Counted from the first letter of the stretch, positions 38,953 to 53,558 are shown. The stretch: 64,000 nt of DNA from Octopus sinensis (GCF_006345805.1 NC_043006.1:96162001-96226000); one strand, 5' to 3'. Made by a program: numbers and translations. The notes: a model not told the origin generated them from the letters alone.

Positions 38953-39244
38953 TATATATATATATATAATATATATATATATATGTGTGTGTGTGTGTAT
39001 ATGTATGTATATATAGTTGAGTGAAAATAACCTTCTAAAGGATACAAGTATCCATTACAGTACCGGTATATTACCTACGTTTAACCATGAGCATACATAT
39101 GCGAACATTATGTTCATATGAAACAGAAACAGCTATAAGATGGAATGCAGGCTATTTGCATTGAATGAATAAATGTTATTGATGTAAGTCAATTGTTGTT
39201 AATCAGCATTTCTCCGTTTACTTTTTACTTTATATATATATATA

Positions 39245-40852
39245 CAGTGGGGGGAAATAAATATTCGTACATGTAAAAATTCTTTAATTATCTAATTTCT
39301 AGTGAACATAAATGGGATATACCAATACTATATTTGCATACAGATACATAAACTTAGAATATGCAAAAGAAACTAATGACCTATAGTAACTAAGGAATTT
39401 ATATACAATCATAAATATTTAGGGGTGAAAAAAGTATTCGTAAGGAATAAATTTATGATTTTCTATGCCACAAAATACTGTTAAAATAATTTTGTTTTTT
39501 ACTAGAACTTTCTCGTTTGTTCCAATAATCTTATCAGTTGTCATTTTTAAGTCTCAAAACGTTAGCTTCTTCATTCAGCACTGAGACAACATAAAGTAGT
39601 ATCGTAATAATGGCGAAAAGTAAAGAACTCACAAATACAGTGAAAAACGTAATTATTGAACAGTGGAAAACATGTAAAAGTTACAGGAAAATATCAGAAA
39701 CCATTTGTATTCCATTTTCTACCATATCTTCATTTATTTAAAGATATAAAAAATCGGGAACTGTTTAAAACAGAATAAGATCCCGTGCACCATGCAAGAT
39801 TTCCCCTAGATCTTTAAGAAAAATGAAGCGAAGAATCGGTAAAAATGCAATGATCACCAGAAAGGAGTTGCAAGAAGATTTGTTCGCTTCAGGGACTAGT
39901 GTTACACAATGAACAATCAGCAATAAACTTCATAGGAATGAACTGAAGTCACGCTCTCCTAGAAAAACTCCACTGTTGACAAAAAGGCATAAAGATGCCC
40001 GTTTAAAATATCTTTATGAACATAAAGATACACCTGAGACATTCTGGGAAATGTTCTATGGACAGACGAGTCGAAAATTGAATTGTTTGGAAGAAATTCG
40101 CGTAGCCATGTTTGAAGGAAAGATGGTACTGCCTACTCACCGAAAAACACAATTCCTACCATAAAGTTTGGAGGTGGCAACATCATGGTGTGGGGGTTTT
40201 TCTCTGCAAATGGTACTGGCAATTTACATGTGATAGATGGTTGAATGGATGCAGAGATGTACCAAAATATTTTGAACAATAATTTATGGGACTCTGTAGA
40301 AAAGCTCCAGCTTTGTGAAGGGTGGATTTTACAACAGGATAACAACCCTAAGCACATGGCGAAGTCTACCAAAAACATGGATTGTCGATCACAATATAAA
40401 ATTATTAGAATGGCCAAACCAGTCACCTGACTTGAACTCCATTGAAAATTTGTGGCGTTATTTGAAAATTAAAACTCATTCAAGAGCCCCAACGTGCAGA
40501 TTTGAAGAAAATTTGTCAAGAAGAATGGGAAAAAATTCCTAAAGAAACATGCGAGTCATTGATTAAGAACTAGAAGAAGAGATTGGTTGAAATGGAACTG
40601 AATAATGGTTATGCCACGAAGTATTAAATGAGAATTGTCAGTTATTTATGTTCTCTACGAATACTTTTTTCACCCCTAAATATTTATAATTGTATATAAA
40701 TTCCTTAGTAAGTATAATTTATTAGTTTCTTTTGCATATTCTTAGTTTATGCATGTGTATGCAAATATAGTATTGGTATATTCCATTTATGTTCATTAGA
40801 AATTAGATAAATAGAGAATTTTGACATGAACGAATATTTATTCCCTCCACTG
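39245..40852 (+). mobile_element. Full-length Tc1 transposon with ~200-bp IR/DR-type TIRs
   Basis: CAGTGG..AAATAAATATTCG ends flanked by TA; inner repeat GGTGAAAAAAGTATTCGT in both TIRs. Confidence 0.95.
39610..40627 (+). pseudogene. Tc1 DD34E transposase, disrupted
   Basis: [29 protein letters not shown]-(34 after correcting one frameshift)[11 protein letters not shown]; stops and frameshifts. Confidence 0.93.
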
Positions 40853-41364
40853 TATATATATATATATATGCGTGTGTGTATAAAAGGGGTTTCTTTTTGG
40901 TTTACGTCTGACAAATCCACTCACAAGGCTTGGTCGGACCAAGACGACAGTAAAAGACACTTGCCCAATGTGCCACGCAGTGGGACTCAACCCGGAACAA
41001 TGTGTTTTTTTTTAAGCAACCTACTTACCACACAGCCACACCAGCTCCTAGTCATTTATTTATTTCGCTAGCTATAGAGATATTTAATTGTTTCCAACAG
41101 GGCAACGCATGGGACAATATATCTGACTGCGTGATTGACCATCTGTTTTCTGTCTAAATTTCATGACAGAACAAACATCACAAGGACTCTTGGGCCAGTT
41201 ATTTTCTACTATCATACATTTTGTATTCAATATTTCAATATGATGCTATTATGTCCTTAATTGGTGCATATCGGTTCCTTCTATACACGTACACACACAG
41301 ACATACATTTATATGTATGAGTTGTATGAGTGTGTGTGCGTGACATACATTTATATGTATAATC

Positions 41365-41860
41365 ATGCAGTTTAATGGTGAAAAGTTTCAAGCGTTGTGC
41401 TATCAGCATGCAAAACTAAATGCAATATCCAATAAATACACTGGACCTGGAGGGATTCCAATCCCAGAGGCACAGTCAGAGCGAGACCTGGGTATTTACA
41501 TGAGTAATGATGCAAACTTTCATGTGCATGTTGATAAATTGGCAATGAAATGCAGGCGGCTGACCGGATGGATTCTTTGAACTTTTAGAACAAGAGACCA
41601 GGAATCCATGATAGTCCTCTGGAGGACACTTGTCCTAAGCCACTTTGACTATTGCTGTCAGCTGTGGTCACCAACCAGTGTCAAATTAATCTCAGAACTT
41701 GAGGCAATCCAACGAAGCTTCACGAAGAAGATAGCCTCTATGCAGCATATAAGCTATTGGGAAAGACTCAAGAGATTAAGACTCTATTCCTTGGAGTGTA
41801 GACGAGAAAGATACGCCATAATATACATCTGGAAGATCCTGGAAGGACTTGTCCCAAACG
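41365..41860 (+). pseudogene. CR1/L2-like RT C-terminal remnant
   Basis: [53 protein letters not shown]. Confidence 0.9.
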
Positions 41861-41904
41861 TGGTAAAAGTAATGTATTATCAGACGCTCAGGAAAGGAAA
41901 GAGG

Positions 41905-41938
41905 ATTTAACTTTTCGAACAAAGCTCTTCTTCAGAAA
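41905..41938 (-). ncRNA. Near-intact hammerhead motif in a PLE-like tail (~41870-41995)
   Basis: AUUU-CUGAAGA-A-GAGC-uuu-GUUC-GAAAA-GUU-AAAU; only the stem III C is changed. Confidence 0.7.
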
Positions 41939-42009
41939 TAGAGGTAAGCCCAAAAGAAGAGAAGACGGAGGAAGAAAATCGCCAACGATTCACCGGTGGT
42001 TACATTTTA

Positions 42010-42080
<71 letters not shown>

Positions 42081-42134
42081 ATATATATATATACATATAT
42101 ATATATACATATATATGTGTATACATATATATGT

Positions 42135-42192
<58 letters not shown>

Positions 42193-42537
42193 TAAGGATA
42201 AGCATATCAAAAGGGGTATATATTTACGACGGGTTTTTTTCAGTTTCCGTCTAACAAAGTCACTCACAAGGCTTTCGTGGACCTGAGGCTATAGTAGAAG
42301 ACACTTGTCCAAGGTGCCACGCAGTGGGAATGAACCCGGAACTAAGCGGCAGGGAAACAAGCTTCTTTCCACGCAAAAATATTTTACAAATACGGATTTT
42401 ACAATTTCTAGTCAGACGTAATCATAAATAGCATAATATCATTCTTTTTAATAGCCATCAGCATGACATAACCTGAAGTATATTAATTAAGTATTTTATG
42501 AAGCGAAATGAAAAATAATTAGTCTGTAATTTTCTTC

Positions 42538-42611
<74 letters not shown>

Positions 42612-42702
42612 CATACACATCTGCAGACATATACTCATGTGTATATGTGTATATACGTAAGTATATATGAATGAATAAAATTACATCAATATATATATAT
42701 AC

Positions 42703-42766
<64 letters not shown>

Positions 42767-42839
42767 ACGGGAAGCTTTATGAAAATAAACAAAAGACGAA
42801 GGCAGGTGGAAAACAAACGAACATATATATATATATATA

Positions 42840-43320
42840 CATGGGTTGGACAAGGCAATGGAAACACCTAGCATCATAGCATCATAATTTTGAAATATCT
42901 ATAAAAACTATTAAAAACTTGTTTATTTTTATGTTTATAATTTATTGATAGTGTTGCTTAGTAGGTTTTGCTAAAATTGCTTTTTTAGATATCATCAGAA
43001 AAAGGTAATTAATATTCAAATTGTTGGTGCTCTTATAGCAGGCGCTAGCGTAACGAAAACAGCCGAAATGTTTGGTGTATCAAGAAGTACTGTCTCGAAA
43101 GTAATGATAGCCTTTGAGAAAGAGGGAAAAACCTCCTTGTCGAAACAAAACTCTGGAAGAAAACCAAAACTTTCAGATAGGTATCATCGGACTCTTACGC
43201 GATTTGTTAGAAAGGATCACAAAAGTACAACTCCCAAAATTACTGCAGAGCTTAATGACCAGCTCAAGAATCCAATTTCCACAAAAAACTGTTCGCTGGG
43301 AGCTGCACAAAGCCGGACGG
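42840..43320 (+). mobile_element. 5' half of a Tc1 element, same family as 57767-58798
   Basis: TIR-like GGGTTGGACAAGGCAATGGAAACACCT after TA; QIVGA..AGASVTKTAEMFGVSRSTVSKVM..NSGRKPKLS. Confidence 0.88.
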
Positions 43321-43355
43321 GCGAGCTAACTCCAACCATAGTAATACTCTATATT

Positions 43356-43395
43356 TCTCTCACCAGAGTTATATCTTTTCGAAACGGCCGTAAGA
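43356..43395 (+). ncRNA. Degenerate hammerhead motif, core box damaged
   Basis: UCU-(CUCACCA)-GAG..UUC-GAAACGGCC-GUA-AGA; palindromic ACGGCCGU stem III and stem I intact. Confidence 0.4.
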
Positions 43396-43728
43396 CTTTA
43401 TACATGTTCCAGACTCCTTCTTTCGGACTTTGCAAGTACATTTATGGACTTACGCTTTTTATATATTTATATTTATAAATTTTTATGTGGTTATATATTT
43501 TTATATTTGTATGAATTTTTATATAGTTATAAATTTTCGTGTATATGTACGTATTTATAAATTCTTAGAAATTTGTATGCATCACATGGATGAAGGCATC
43601 TATGTATGCACTTTGTATACCATGGACAATTTTGTTAATATGGATTGAATGAATATACAGTTCGGACTTTGAATTTGTTTTCTCCTTTCCTTGATTTTAT
43701 ATAAACATACATACATTCATACATATAC

Positions 43729-43785
<57 letters not shown>

Positions 43786-44020
43786 CCCCACCACCACCAC
43801 CCCTTTAAACCTGCCTAAATGTATAAATGCCAAAACAACTCTTGTCAACTAGCTTCCTGATGATTTCTTTTGAATGAAACAGTTCTAGTCCTGTAGAAGC
43901 TCCTTCTATATAATAAATTAACTCTGCTATGTATTGAGTACCTTATTTACTGTGGTTAACCCCGACTCAACCCGGGACCTACATATATATATATATAAAT
44001 ATATGCGTGTGTGTGTGTGT

Positions 44021-44061
<41 letters not shown>

Positions 44062-44334
44062 GTGTGTGTGTGTGTGTGTACATATATATATAAGTTGGTA
44101 CATGTATAAGTGTATGGATTCCTATTTTGGCATAAAACAAGTAAATCTTAGAAGAGAGGAAAATATCGATTACATCGACTTTATTACTCAGCCGAGGTTC
44201 GTTTTGTCGATCCCGAGACAACGAATGGCGAAATCGATCCCGTCGGAATTCGAACTTATAATGTAAAAAGGCCAGAAGAAATAAATACAGCCGAAGCATT
44301 TTGTTCGATGATGTAAAGAAAAAATTCACTGCCT

Positions 44335-44449
<115 letters not shown>

Positions 44450-45278
44450 CATATATATATGAATATGTGCATTTCTGTGTATGTGTTTGCGTGAGCGCGT
44501 TGTGTGTGTGCGGCTCGCACGCAAAAACACGTACGTACACACACATACATACATACATATATATATGATTATATATATTTATATAAAGTACTGTTTACTT
44601 CCTTCTCACTGTATTTACTAATATTTTTTTAATCTTGTTTTGAGTTCGGTTCGATTGATCGATTTAAGCCTTTATTATTTTTATATTGATATTTCTGTTT
44701 TCCTGACCGTACCTGCGCTATCCACACGCACAACACCCTTCAATACCACGCTTTCTACATATCATTCTGTCCTCTCCAATAAAATAAAACCTTCAACCAA
44801 TCATTTCAGGCGGAATGCTACATTATGCTCTTAAGAATCGAAAAAAATGAAAAGTACTTTCTTTTTAAAAAAAAAAAGAAAGGGAAAATAATGCGAAAAT
44901 AACTAATTGACAGCAATCCTACAAATAGACAGACGTGCATATATATGTATGTGCGTGTGTGTACGTGTGTTTTCGTGCGAGTGTGTGTTTATAAACACAG
45001 AAACAAACAAATACATATACATGCATTCCTACTTATATAAATACGTGAAAACACACACACACACGCACACACACACACACATATATATATTTATATATAT
45101 ATATATATTCATAAGCTGTGATTGTAAAAAGTTAACAATATTATATCTAATATAAATGTATATGCATACAATATATGTGTGTGTGTGTTTGGTGTGTGTC
45201 TGTGAGCGCATGGTGTGTCTGTATGTATATATGCATATATATATAATATATATATATATATACATTAATATATACGTT

Positions 45279-45340
<62 letters not shown>

Positions 45341-45344
45341 TATA

Positions 45345-45377
<33 letters not shown>

Positions 45378-46144
45378 AGTATATATATATACCATATAAG
45401 AGACCAAAGTGTATGTACGCTAGGTAGTTCTGTTTATCGGTAAATATGGACATATTTAAGAAATGACTTAATGTGATAGATTACTTATCGATCATGTATT
45501 TTGGGGTAAGGATTATGATTCAGTGATGCTTCGAATGTTTTGATGTGTTTTGGGATTGATTTCCTAATCGATTTAGTATTATCTTCCTATTTATCTTTCG
45601 TTTATTATTTCCTTTATATACACGCACATACACATGTATATATATATATAAGTAATATATACGTATATATGAATGCGATTACACATATTCGTACATATAC
45701 ATACACAAGCGTGGGTCTGTACGTACATTCGTATTTGCGTGTGTGTACTTATAAAATAATCTCTTATCTTTTACTTGCTTCGATTATTGAACTGCGGCCA
45801 TGCTGCAGCACCGGTTTCAAATGTTTTAAAGGAATAAATTGCTCCCAGTTGCTTTATTCTCTAAGATTTCTACTTATTTTGTCGGTTTTTATAACTGAAC
45901 TGCTTTGTTCGATAATAAACATGTTGATAATTCCCTGTGAAATGAATCAATTTACCAGAAGTTTAAATGCAGAAATGACCCTCTTCTAAGTTCTAACTTT
46001 ATTCCAGTGAACCTTCCCTGCGCACTGTTAAGGGCCACAAAAGTGTTGCTGCTACTGTTCTTTCGTTAATACAATAAGGCGAAGACCTTTAATGGTAGAT
46101 AACTAATTAGCAAGGCTGATGCTAATTACCAATTTCTATAGGCG

Positions 46145-46630
46145 ACTACACCACCATCACTAATGGAAGGACACTACCACCACCACCACCACCACCACCA
46201 CCACCGTTATCACCGATGAAAGGATACCACCACCGCCGCCGCCATCATCAATTAAAGGACACACGATCACCACCAATGGAGAGACATCGCTACCACCACC
46301 ATCACCTATGGAAGGACACTACAACCACCACCACCACCATAATCACCAATAGAAGGGCAAAATCACCACCCCACCATCACAAATTGAAGGATACTACCAC
46401 CACCACCACCGCCACCACCATCACCAATGGAAGAGCACCACCACTACCACCATCACCAATAGAAGGGTACCACCACCACCACCACCGCCACCCCCATCAC
46501 CAATGGAAGGGCACCACCACCACCACCACCGCCACCACCATCACCAATGGAAGAGCACCACCACCACCACCATCACCAATAGAAGGGTACCACCACCAAC
46601 ATCACCACCATCACCAATGGAAGGATACTA
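46145..46630. repeat. (ACC)-rich minisatellite, unit CCACCACCATCACCAATGGAAG(G/A)
   Basis: About ten degenerate units; gives the His/Thr/Pro ORF 46216-46746. Confidence 0.88.
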
Positions 46631-47586
46631 ATGGATTACCAAACACAGCAACAGCAACAGGACTGGGTGCGGAAAACAAAGCAGAAACAACAACAACAGG
46701 AAAAAATGAAAAAGCAACAGCAAAAAACCTTAAAAGGGGGCCCTAAAAGGAATACCAACAGGCACCAACCCAACAGAGTTACCACTTCCCGAGTCTAACT
46801 TGGAAACGTGGAAAAAGAACGAACAAAGGAGAGTGGAAAGAAAGTTTACAAAGAAGAAAACAAAAAATACGGACAAAACCACAGCAGCTCCCCACAACAC
46901 AACTCACACCAACCCCTAACCACAACACCCATAATTTCTAACACCACCAATACCACTACCAGAACCGCACACAAAACAGAAACCACCATCATAAAGAACA
47001 TAATTTTCTTTGGGCACTGCCCAAAGCACCACCAGACATACAGATCCTCAACATTTCAAATAACACGCTCATTGACATAAAGGAAAATTACCCTAAATAG
47101 TGAGCAAATTTTAGAAAACTATAGGTAAAATTCCCTATAAAATCCTGAACTTTGATACACTCAGAGCCGGCTAAAAGAGTGAGAAAACCACTCATCCGCC
47201 CCTCAACCAAAACAGTAAGTAGTTTTATATTTATTTTTGGTTAAGCGTTGCAAGAATAGTTCGAATGAACGGGTCAAACTTGAGCATGAATCTCTAATTA
47301 AAAAAAAAAAAAGGCTTTCACCTTAGTGATCAGGTCGTTTCATGGCTTTAGGAGTTTCCCCTTTGGGGAAATTACTGTCCTTTCCCTATTGTTAATTTTT
47401 GATACACGCTTTCATGTATGACCCCACCAGTATGTCCTGTATCGTGCCTCTGTATTGAGCCCTTAGTGGCTAATAAACCAAATAATGAAAAACTTTCGTA
47501 CCCACAATGCCAAGCCTTGTGGACACCTCGACAGACTCTATATAAAAACAAAAGTTTTAAATTTCTACATTTAAAATTTCTACTTT

Positions 47587-47625
<39 letters not shown>

Positions 47626-47964
47626 ATGCATAAAAGAGATATGTATTACTAGTATATATTTGTGTAGCACACAGTCTTTGCATCTGTATGTATTCTTATA
47701 ATACTCCCTTTTGTTTCGGAATAAATAGACATAATAAAATGTCTACCAGCTGATGTATGTCATTTTTGTATCTTCTCCATTTTCTCTTATTCACTGTATA
47801 AATTAAGGGTAAACCACCTTTTACCCCTGTCCATATATAACACTCAACTGCGAGATTCCCTCGCAATAATCAGCACTTGAGTATGAATAATGGGTACACT
47901 ACCAGTTGTATATTGGATAGGTACATCCCGGAGTTGGTTGGTTTCCCAACCTCTAACTCTCACA

Positions 47965-48011
<47 letters not shown>

Positions 48012-48017
48012 ATATAT

Positions 48018-48074
<57 letters not shown>

Positions 48075-48119
48075 TATATATATATATAGATATATAGATA
48101 TATAGATATATATATATAA

Positions 48120-48305
48120 AGTTAATCCAAACATGAAAACACAACAACGCGAGGACGTGGAACAAATATAGTATTATCGGACGCTCAGGAAGGAAGGGAA
48201 GAAGGATGGTTTTACGTTTCGAGCGGAGCTCTTCGCTACAAACATAGGAAAAGGAAAGATCCAGAGAAGGGAAGACAGAGAAAAAAATCGCCAACGGTAC
48301 ACACG
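48120..48305 (-). mobile_element. PLE-like tail with core-damaged hammerhead (48209-48243)
   Basis: GUUU-(GUAGCGA)-A-GAGC-ucc-GCUC-GAAAC-GUA-AAAC; related to 41870-41995. Confidence 0.6.
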
Positions 48306-48385
48306 TAGTCACAAGGCGGTACTCCGGTATGGCCACAGGCAAATGACTAAAACAAGTAAAAGAATAAAAGAATATATACATATAT

Positions 48386-48420
<35 letters not shown>

Positions 48421-48473
48421 GAAAAAGCAAGTAAAAAATAGAAAATGCTAAAATAATTTTATAGTGAACATTT

Positions 48474-48511
48474 CAGTACCGGTTTCGGTCATTTTGAGAC
48501 CTTTTCAACTG
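48474..48511 (-). ncRNA. Hammerhead motif, U3:A8 variant (left arm)
   Basis: Reverse complement of 48791-48828. Confidence 0.78.
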
Positions 48512-48790
48512 TAACGATTAAATAATTAAATTTAGAAAAATTAGAAGAAAAGTTTTTTAAAAGAATATTTCTATAGTAGTGTTCAGATTTAAGTGGCATT
48601 CTGCCTTTCTCTGACTCCCTTGTTTGCACTTGTGTGTTCGAGGTAGTTGTGGACAACTACCTCGAACACACAAGTGCAAACAAGGGAGTCAGAGAAAGGC
48701 AGAATGCCACTTAAATCTGAACACTACTATAGAAATATTCTTTTAAAAAACTTTTCTTCTAATTTTTCTAAATTTAATTATTTAATCGTA

Positions 48791-48828
48791 CAGTTGAAAA
48801 GGTCTCAAAATGACCGAAACCGGTACTG
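48791..48828 (+). ncRNA. Hammerhead motif, U3:A8 variant (right arm)
   Basis: CAG-UUGAAAA-GGUC-ucaaaau-GACC-GAAACCG-GUA^CUG; palindromic ACCGGU stem III. Confidence 0.78.
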
Positions 48829-48952
48829 AAATGTTCACTATAAAATTATTTTAGCATTTTCTATTTTTTACTTGTTTTTTCATATATATCAACTCGTGTG
48901 TTCCTTTTCACCCTTATACATATATATATATATTATATAATAATATATATAT

Positions 48953-48992
<40 letters not shown>

Positions 48993-49491
48993 TATATATT
49001 ATATTAAAGACCCTTGTCCTACGTCCTTGTTTTGTTTTGTTGTTTATTTTTTATTTTTTATTTTTACCGTTATTGTTTTTACGTTTTTGTATTCTTATTG
49101 GTGTCACGTATTCTGTATTTTTGTTCGTGTACTTCGTTCGTTTTCCGTCCTCGTGTTGTATACATTCGAAGCTTTCTTCCAGGGGATCTAATGCGCTTGG
49201 CTTAGATTTCCCTTGCGGGCTGGCCATATCGGAGCAATCTCAAGATTAATCAGCCGAAATTGCTAAGATGATCTGGTTCTTGACTGATGACTGAGGGCTT
49301 CGAATTCCCCGTCGTGTGGTTCTTGTGTCGTCGTCTCTGTGTGTTTCATGTTCTTGTCCATGTCTGTAATTATTTTTACTGTTTACCTATATTATATATA
49401 TATATATATTATATATATATATATAGATAATTATATATTAATAATATTATATATATACATAGAGAGAGAGAGAGAGAGAGGATAGAGAGAG

Positions 49492-49534
<43 letters not shown>

Positions 49535-50214
49535 AAGATACTTCTTCATGTACACACATACCCACACGCGTATTTATATACATGCTCATGTATACATACA
49601 CACTCACATATACAAACACAAACAGACGCATATATATATAGATAGATAGATATACACACGCTCACATACCATTAATGCTTTGATTATTGTGGATTATGTT
49701 ATCTATTTACCGATATAAAGACGTAACTAACATTTTTGTTTTTGTTTTCAAGTTCTGTCTGTGTGTTGTGTATATTAACTTGTTATTACGTTATCTTAAC
49801 GGTATATTTAGTCGTTGTGACCTAGATGAAATACCTATGATTTTTCTCTCAATTTAGTTTGTCTACCTGTAAATCTCATTATCTAAATCTGAAATATTTC
49901 TGGCTGAGTTGCATCATAAAATAACCATTGTTTAGGCCATAATCGATCATAATATTGTTGCTTAAATCAAAAATATAAAGCGTAGAAACGGTCAGTATAT
50001 TTGATTACCTTCGATTTTTTTTTAGTAATTTGTCTAACAATGAAGTTTGTTTTTCATCTATAGAAAATTATTAATTTCAGAGTATTAATGTTCCGAGAAG
50101 TGGCTTGGTCTAATGGTTAGGGCAACTGGTCTCCAGTCCTAAAATCCTGGGTTTGATTCCGAGCTCATGGGCAACTCCCTTTACCTTTCGATGCTCTGCT
50201 CTGTGTAGCTGGCG

Positions 50215-50715
50215 AAATATGAGTATTAAAACTGAGAGAACACGAAATCAGTGTTAGATCAGCGGGGGGCCGTTAACGACCCAGCGTTTTGATCGATAAT
50301 CGACACGGAATTAAAGCTCTGGGGATGAGGGATCTGGTATTTCGACTGCCGTTACGCTCTGAGTTCAAATTAACCCGAGATTGACTTTGCCTTTCATCCT
50401 CTCGGGGTCGATAAATTAAGTACCAGTTACGCACTGAGGTCGATGTAGTCAACTTAATCCCTTTGCCTGTCCTTGTTGTCCCCTCTATGTTTAGCCCCTT
50501 GTGGGCAATAAAGAAATAAAGTAGGTTAGCACGCCAGGTGACATGTTTAGTGGTATTTCGTCTGTCTTTACGTTCTGAGTTCAAATTCCGCCGAGATCGA
50601 CTCTCTCTTCCATCATTTCGTGGTCGATAAATTAAGTACCAGTTGCGTACTGAAGTCGATCTAATCGACTGGCCTCTCCCCCAAAATTTCGGCTTCTTCG
50701 CCTAAAGTTTAAAAG
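50215..50715 (+). mobile_element. Tandem SINE family B copies
   Basis: CTGAGTTCAAATT..GACTTTGCCTTTCATCC..GGTCGATAAATTAAGTACCAGTT twice; tail CCTTGTGGGCAATAAAGAAATAA. Confidence 0.85.
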
Positions 50716-51064
50716 AATATATGCAAGAGGTGTAGCAGGAGATTTTACTGCCCGGGACAATCCTTGATTTTGTCACTTCTCGTCTTGAACGTTATTCTCA
50801 TCCAGCTGATTGCTATGGAGATTTTCTTTGTTTCTTTAAGTATATTTTGTACAATAAGCAAAATCATATCAATGGAATACATGTAGAAACAAAACTGCAA
50901 GGTTTTGCCATGAATTTCCTAACGGCATAGAACCAACTTGAAGAATTTCAGTCGAACAGATCTACCCCATGACTTAATTCTTGAAGGCTGGTACTTATTT
51001 TATCTAATATCAAGCGATGATGGTGGAAGTAACACAAACACAAAAAAACACACATTCGCGCGCG

Positions 51065-51109
<45 letters not shown>

Positions 51110-51920
51110 ATACGATGGTCTTCCATACAGTTTCCGTTAAGCAATTCATTCACAAGCCATTTATCGGACCCGCGAACATAGTATAATACACTTGCCCAGA
51201 GTGACATACAGTGGGACCGAACGCGAAGACACGCAGCTGCAAAAAGTGCTTCTTTACCATACAGCCATGCGTGCACCTATGTCCGTACATGCTTAAGTCT
51301 GAGTGGATGGATTTATGCTTGTTGTCATACTGGAAATTGTCATATTCCATTGTTTATGATTATGATTGTTATAACAGTGTAGATATGTAGATATGTGCTA
51401 TAAAAAGTCGTTAATACTGTGGAAACCAAACTACAGTCTCTTATGTATGTGGTTTACAAAGTCACACCGTTAAATTGCTTAACAAAACTATTAAGCTACT
51501 TAATTGAATAAGTATTAGCATATACAGACGATTACAAAGGCATTATATGCTTGGATCCCTCTGTTCTGTTCTAACGCAGCCTATTTGGCGCAGCTGCTTC
51601 GACGCTGTCGCGTGTGGCGTTAGAAGCCTTCACGTTTCTCTCCTTTTTCCCCTTCCTACATACATGACTCCTTTTCTAATGCTTCTTTCGGTTTCTTCTT
51701 TTCTTTCTTTCTCTCACTTTCACTCTCTCCATGTCTCTCTTCTTCTCTTTCTCTCTCCCTCTTTTTCTCTCTCTCTCTCTCTCTTTTCTCTTCTCCTTCC
51801 CCTCTCACTGTCGTTCTCTCTCTCTGTTTCTGTCTCTTTTCCACTTCCTCTGTGTGCCAGCATATTTCTCTTTATCAGGAAAGGAAAAGTGTTAATCGTG
51901 TTCAATTGAGAAATTGTAAT

Positions 51921-51971
<51 letters not shown>

Positions 51972-52868
51972 TTCTTTCTATCTACATATAAATATTTCTG
52001 TGCACGCATACGTGTATGTGTGAGCATATGTGTGTGAAAGAGAGAGAGAGAGAGAGAATGCGTGTGTGTGTGTGTGTATGTGTGTTGAGCGGGTTTTGGT
52101 ATGTGTGTGTTTGCGTTCAGTACCAAAACGTACTGCTGCCCAAACATGTTCAAAGCCCAGTTAACCGTGCCAAATCGTCAACGCCCAAGCAGCTGCGCCC
52201 AAACAGCACCTCTGCTAGAGCGAAAATTTGAGGGTAAAACCCACAGAATTGTGCGCTTCACAGTAAAACAGTGATATATTTATAACCATTTGGTGAGAAT
52301 CTGGCTGTAATTTAAAGCTACAATCTATTGGTCTGATTCTTAGTTCGTGTTATTCTTCAGAAATGACTAGTTTGGTAGAAGCAGTGAAACACACGCATAC
52401 AAATGTTACACAGAAGCATTACGCACACACACACACACTTGAGAGTATGTGTTCTTGAGTTTATAATATGTGCATGAGTCTGCTTGTGTATGCTTATATG
52501 TGCGTATGGGTGGCTGTGCGTATGGGTGGCTGTGCGTATTTTTGTATATGTGTGTGTGGACATGTGTAGATACAAGTGTTATATATGATATTATGTTTGT
52601 CTGGAGTGTTTGTTTTTCGATTTGAGAAGTTAAACACTGTCATCCATTTCTCGTACAAACACACACACGGACACACACACACACACACACACACACACGT
52701 ATTTATGCTTGGTGTTTACATTTCTATATGCATGTATATGTGTATGTATGTGTAATTATATATGTGTGTGTGTGCATGTGTCTGTGTGTGTGTAAGAGAG
52801 AGAAAAATAGAGAGAACTAGATAGACACCTCGATACATTCGTACGTAATACATACATACATGCATACA

Positions 52869-52902
<34 letters not shown>

Positions 52903-53284
52903 CATACATACATACATACATACATGCATGCATACATACCTGCATGCATACATACATACCTGCGTTGATGTGTGTTTACGTGGCAACGTGTGCGGTAATT
53001 ATTATTCTAATAGCCAGGCGTCTGGACAGAAGTACTTACGATGAGATACATCGACACTGGCGCTAATTAATTAGAAAATCTTGTCTCATATTAATCTACA
53101 CCGACCATTTCCACCCATTTCTATCGTCTCTCGTCTCACCTCCGGTCACAAAGCCGTGTATAACTCGCAACGTAAGCAATGCTGACAAGTATTGCCAACC
53201 ATATATACTAAAACAACAACCAGTAGTTGCTGCTGCTGCTGTTCCTGCTGCTGCTGCTGATGATGATGGTGATAATAATAATAA

Positions 53285-53558
53285 TAAGTAGATTCCCAAT
53301 ATAGATTATGCAGATCAAAAGAGGAAAGCGTTATCTCATATAGTTAGTGAATGTAGTATGCTGGGGCAGAAAGAATACAAGAAAAGACAGGACAATCTAG
53401 GGAGAGCAATCCACTGGGAGTTATGTAGAAAGCTAGGATTTGAACATATTGATAAATGGTATGAACAGGAACCTAGTAAAGTACTAGGAAGTAAGAAATA
53501 AAAGATGTTGTCGGACTTATTTAGACTGACAGAGTAATAGAAGTTAGAAGGCCTGATT

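Larger units (their letters stand above)
48421..48881. repeat. Near-perfect 461-bp palindrome, 2-nt loop, next to (TA)n
   Basis: Arms 48421-48650 and 48653-48881; one mismatch and one 1-nt indel seen. Confidence 0.98.

Noticed and set aside
51580-52205. MITE bounded by an inverted TTTG(G)GCGCAGCTGCTT motif
   Set aside because: Only ~17 bp match, no target-site duplication found, and the interior is mostly microsatellite.
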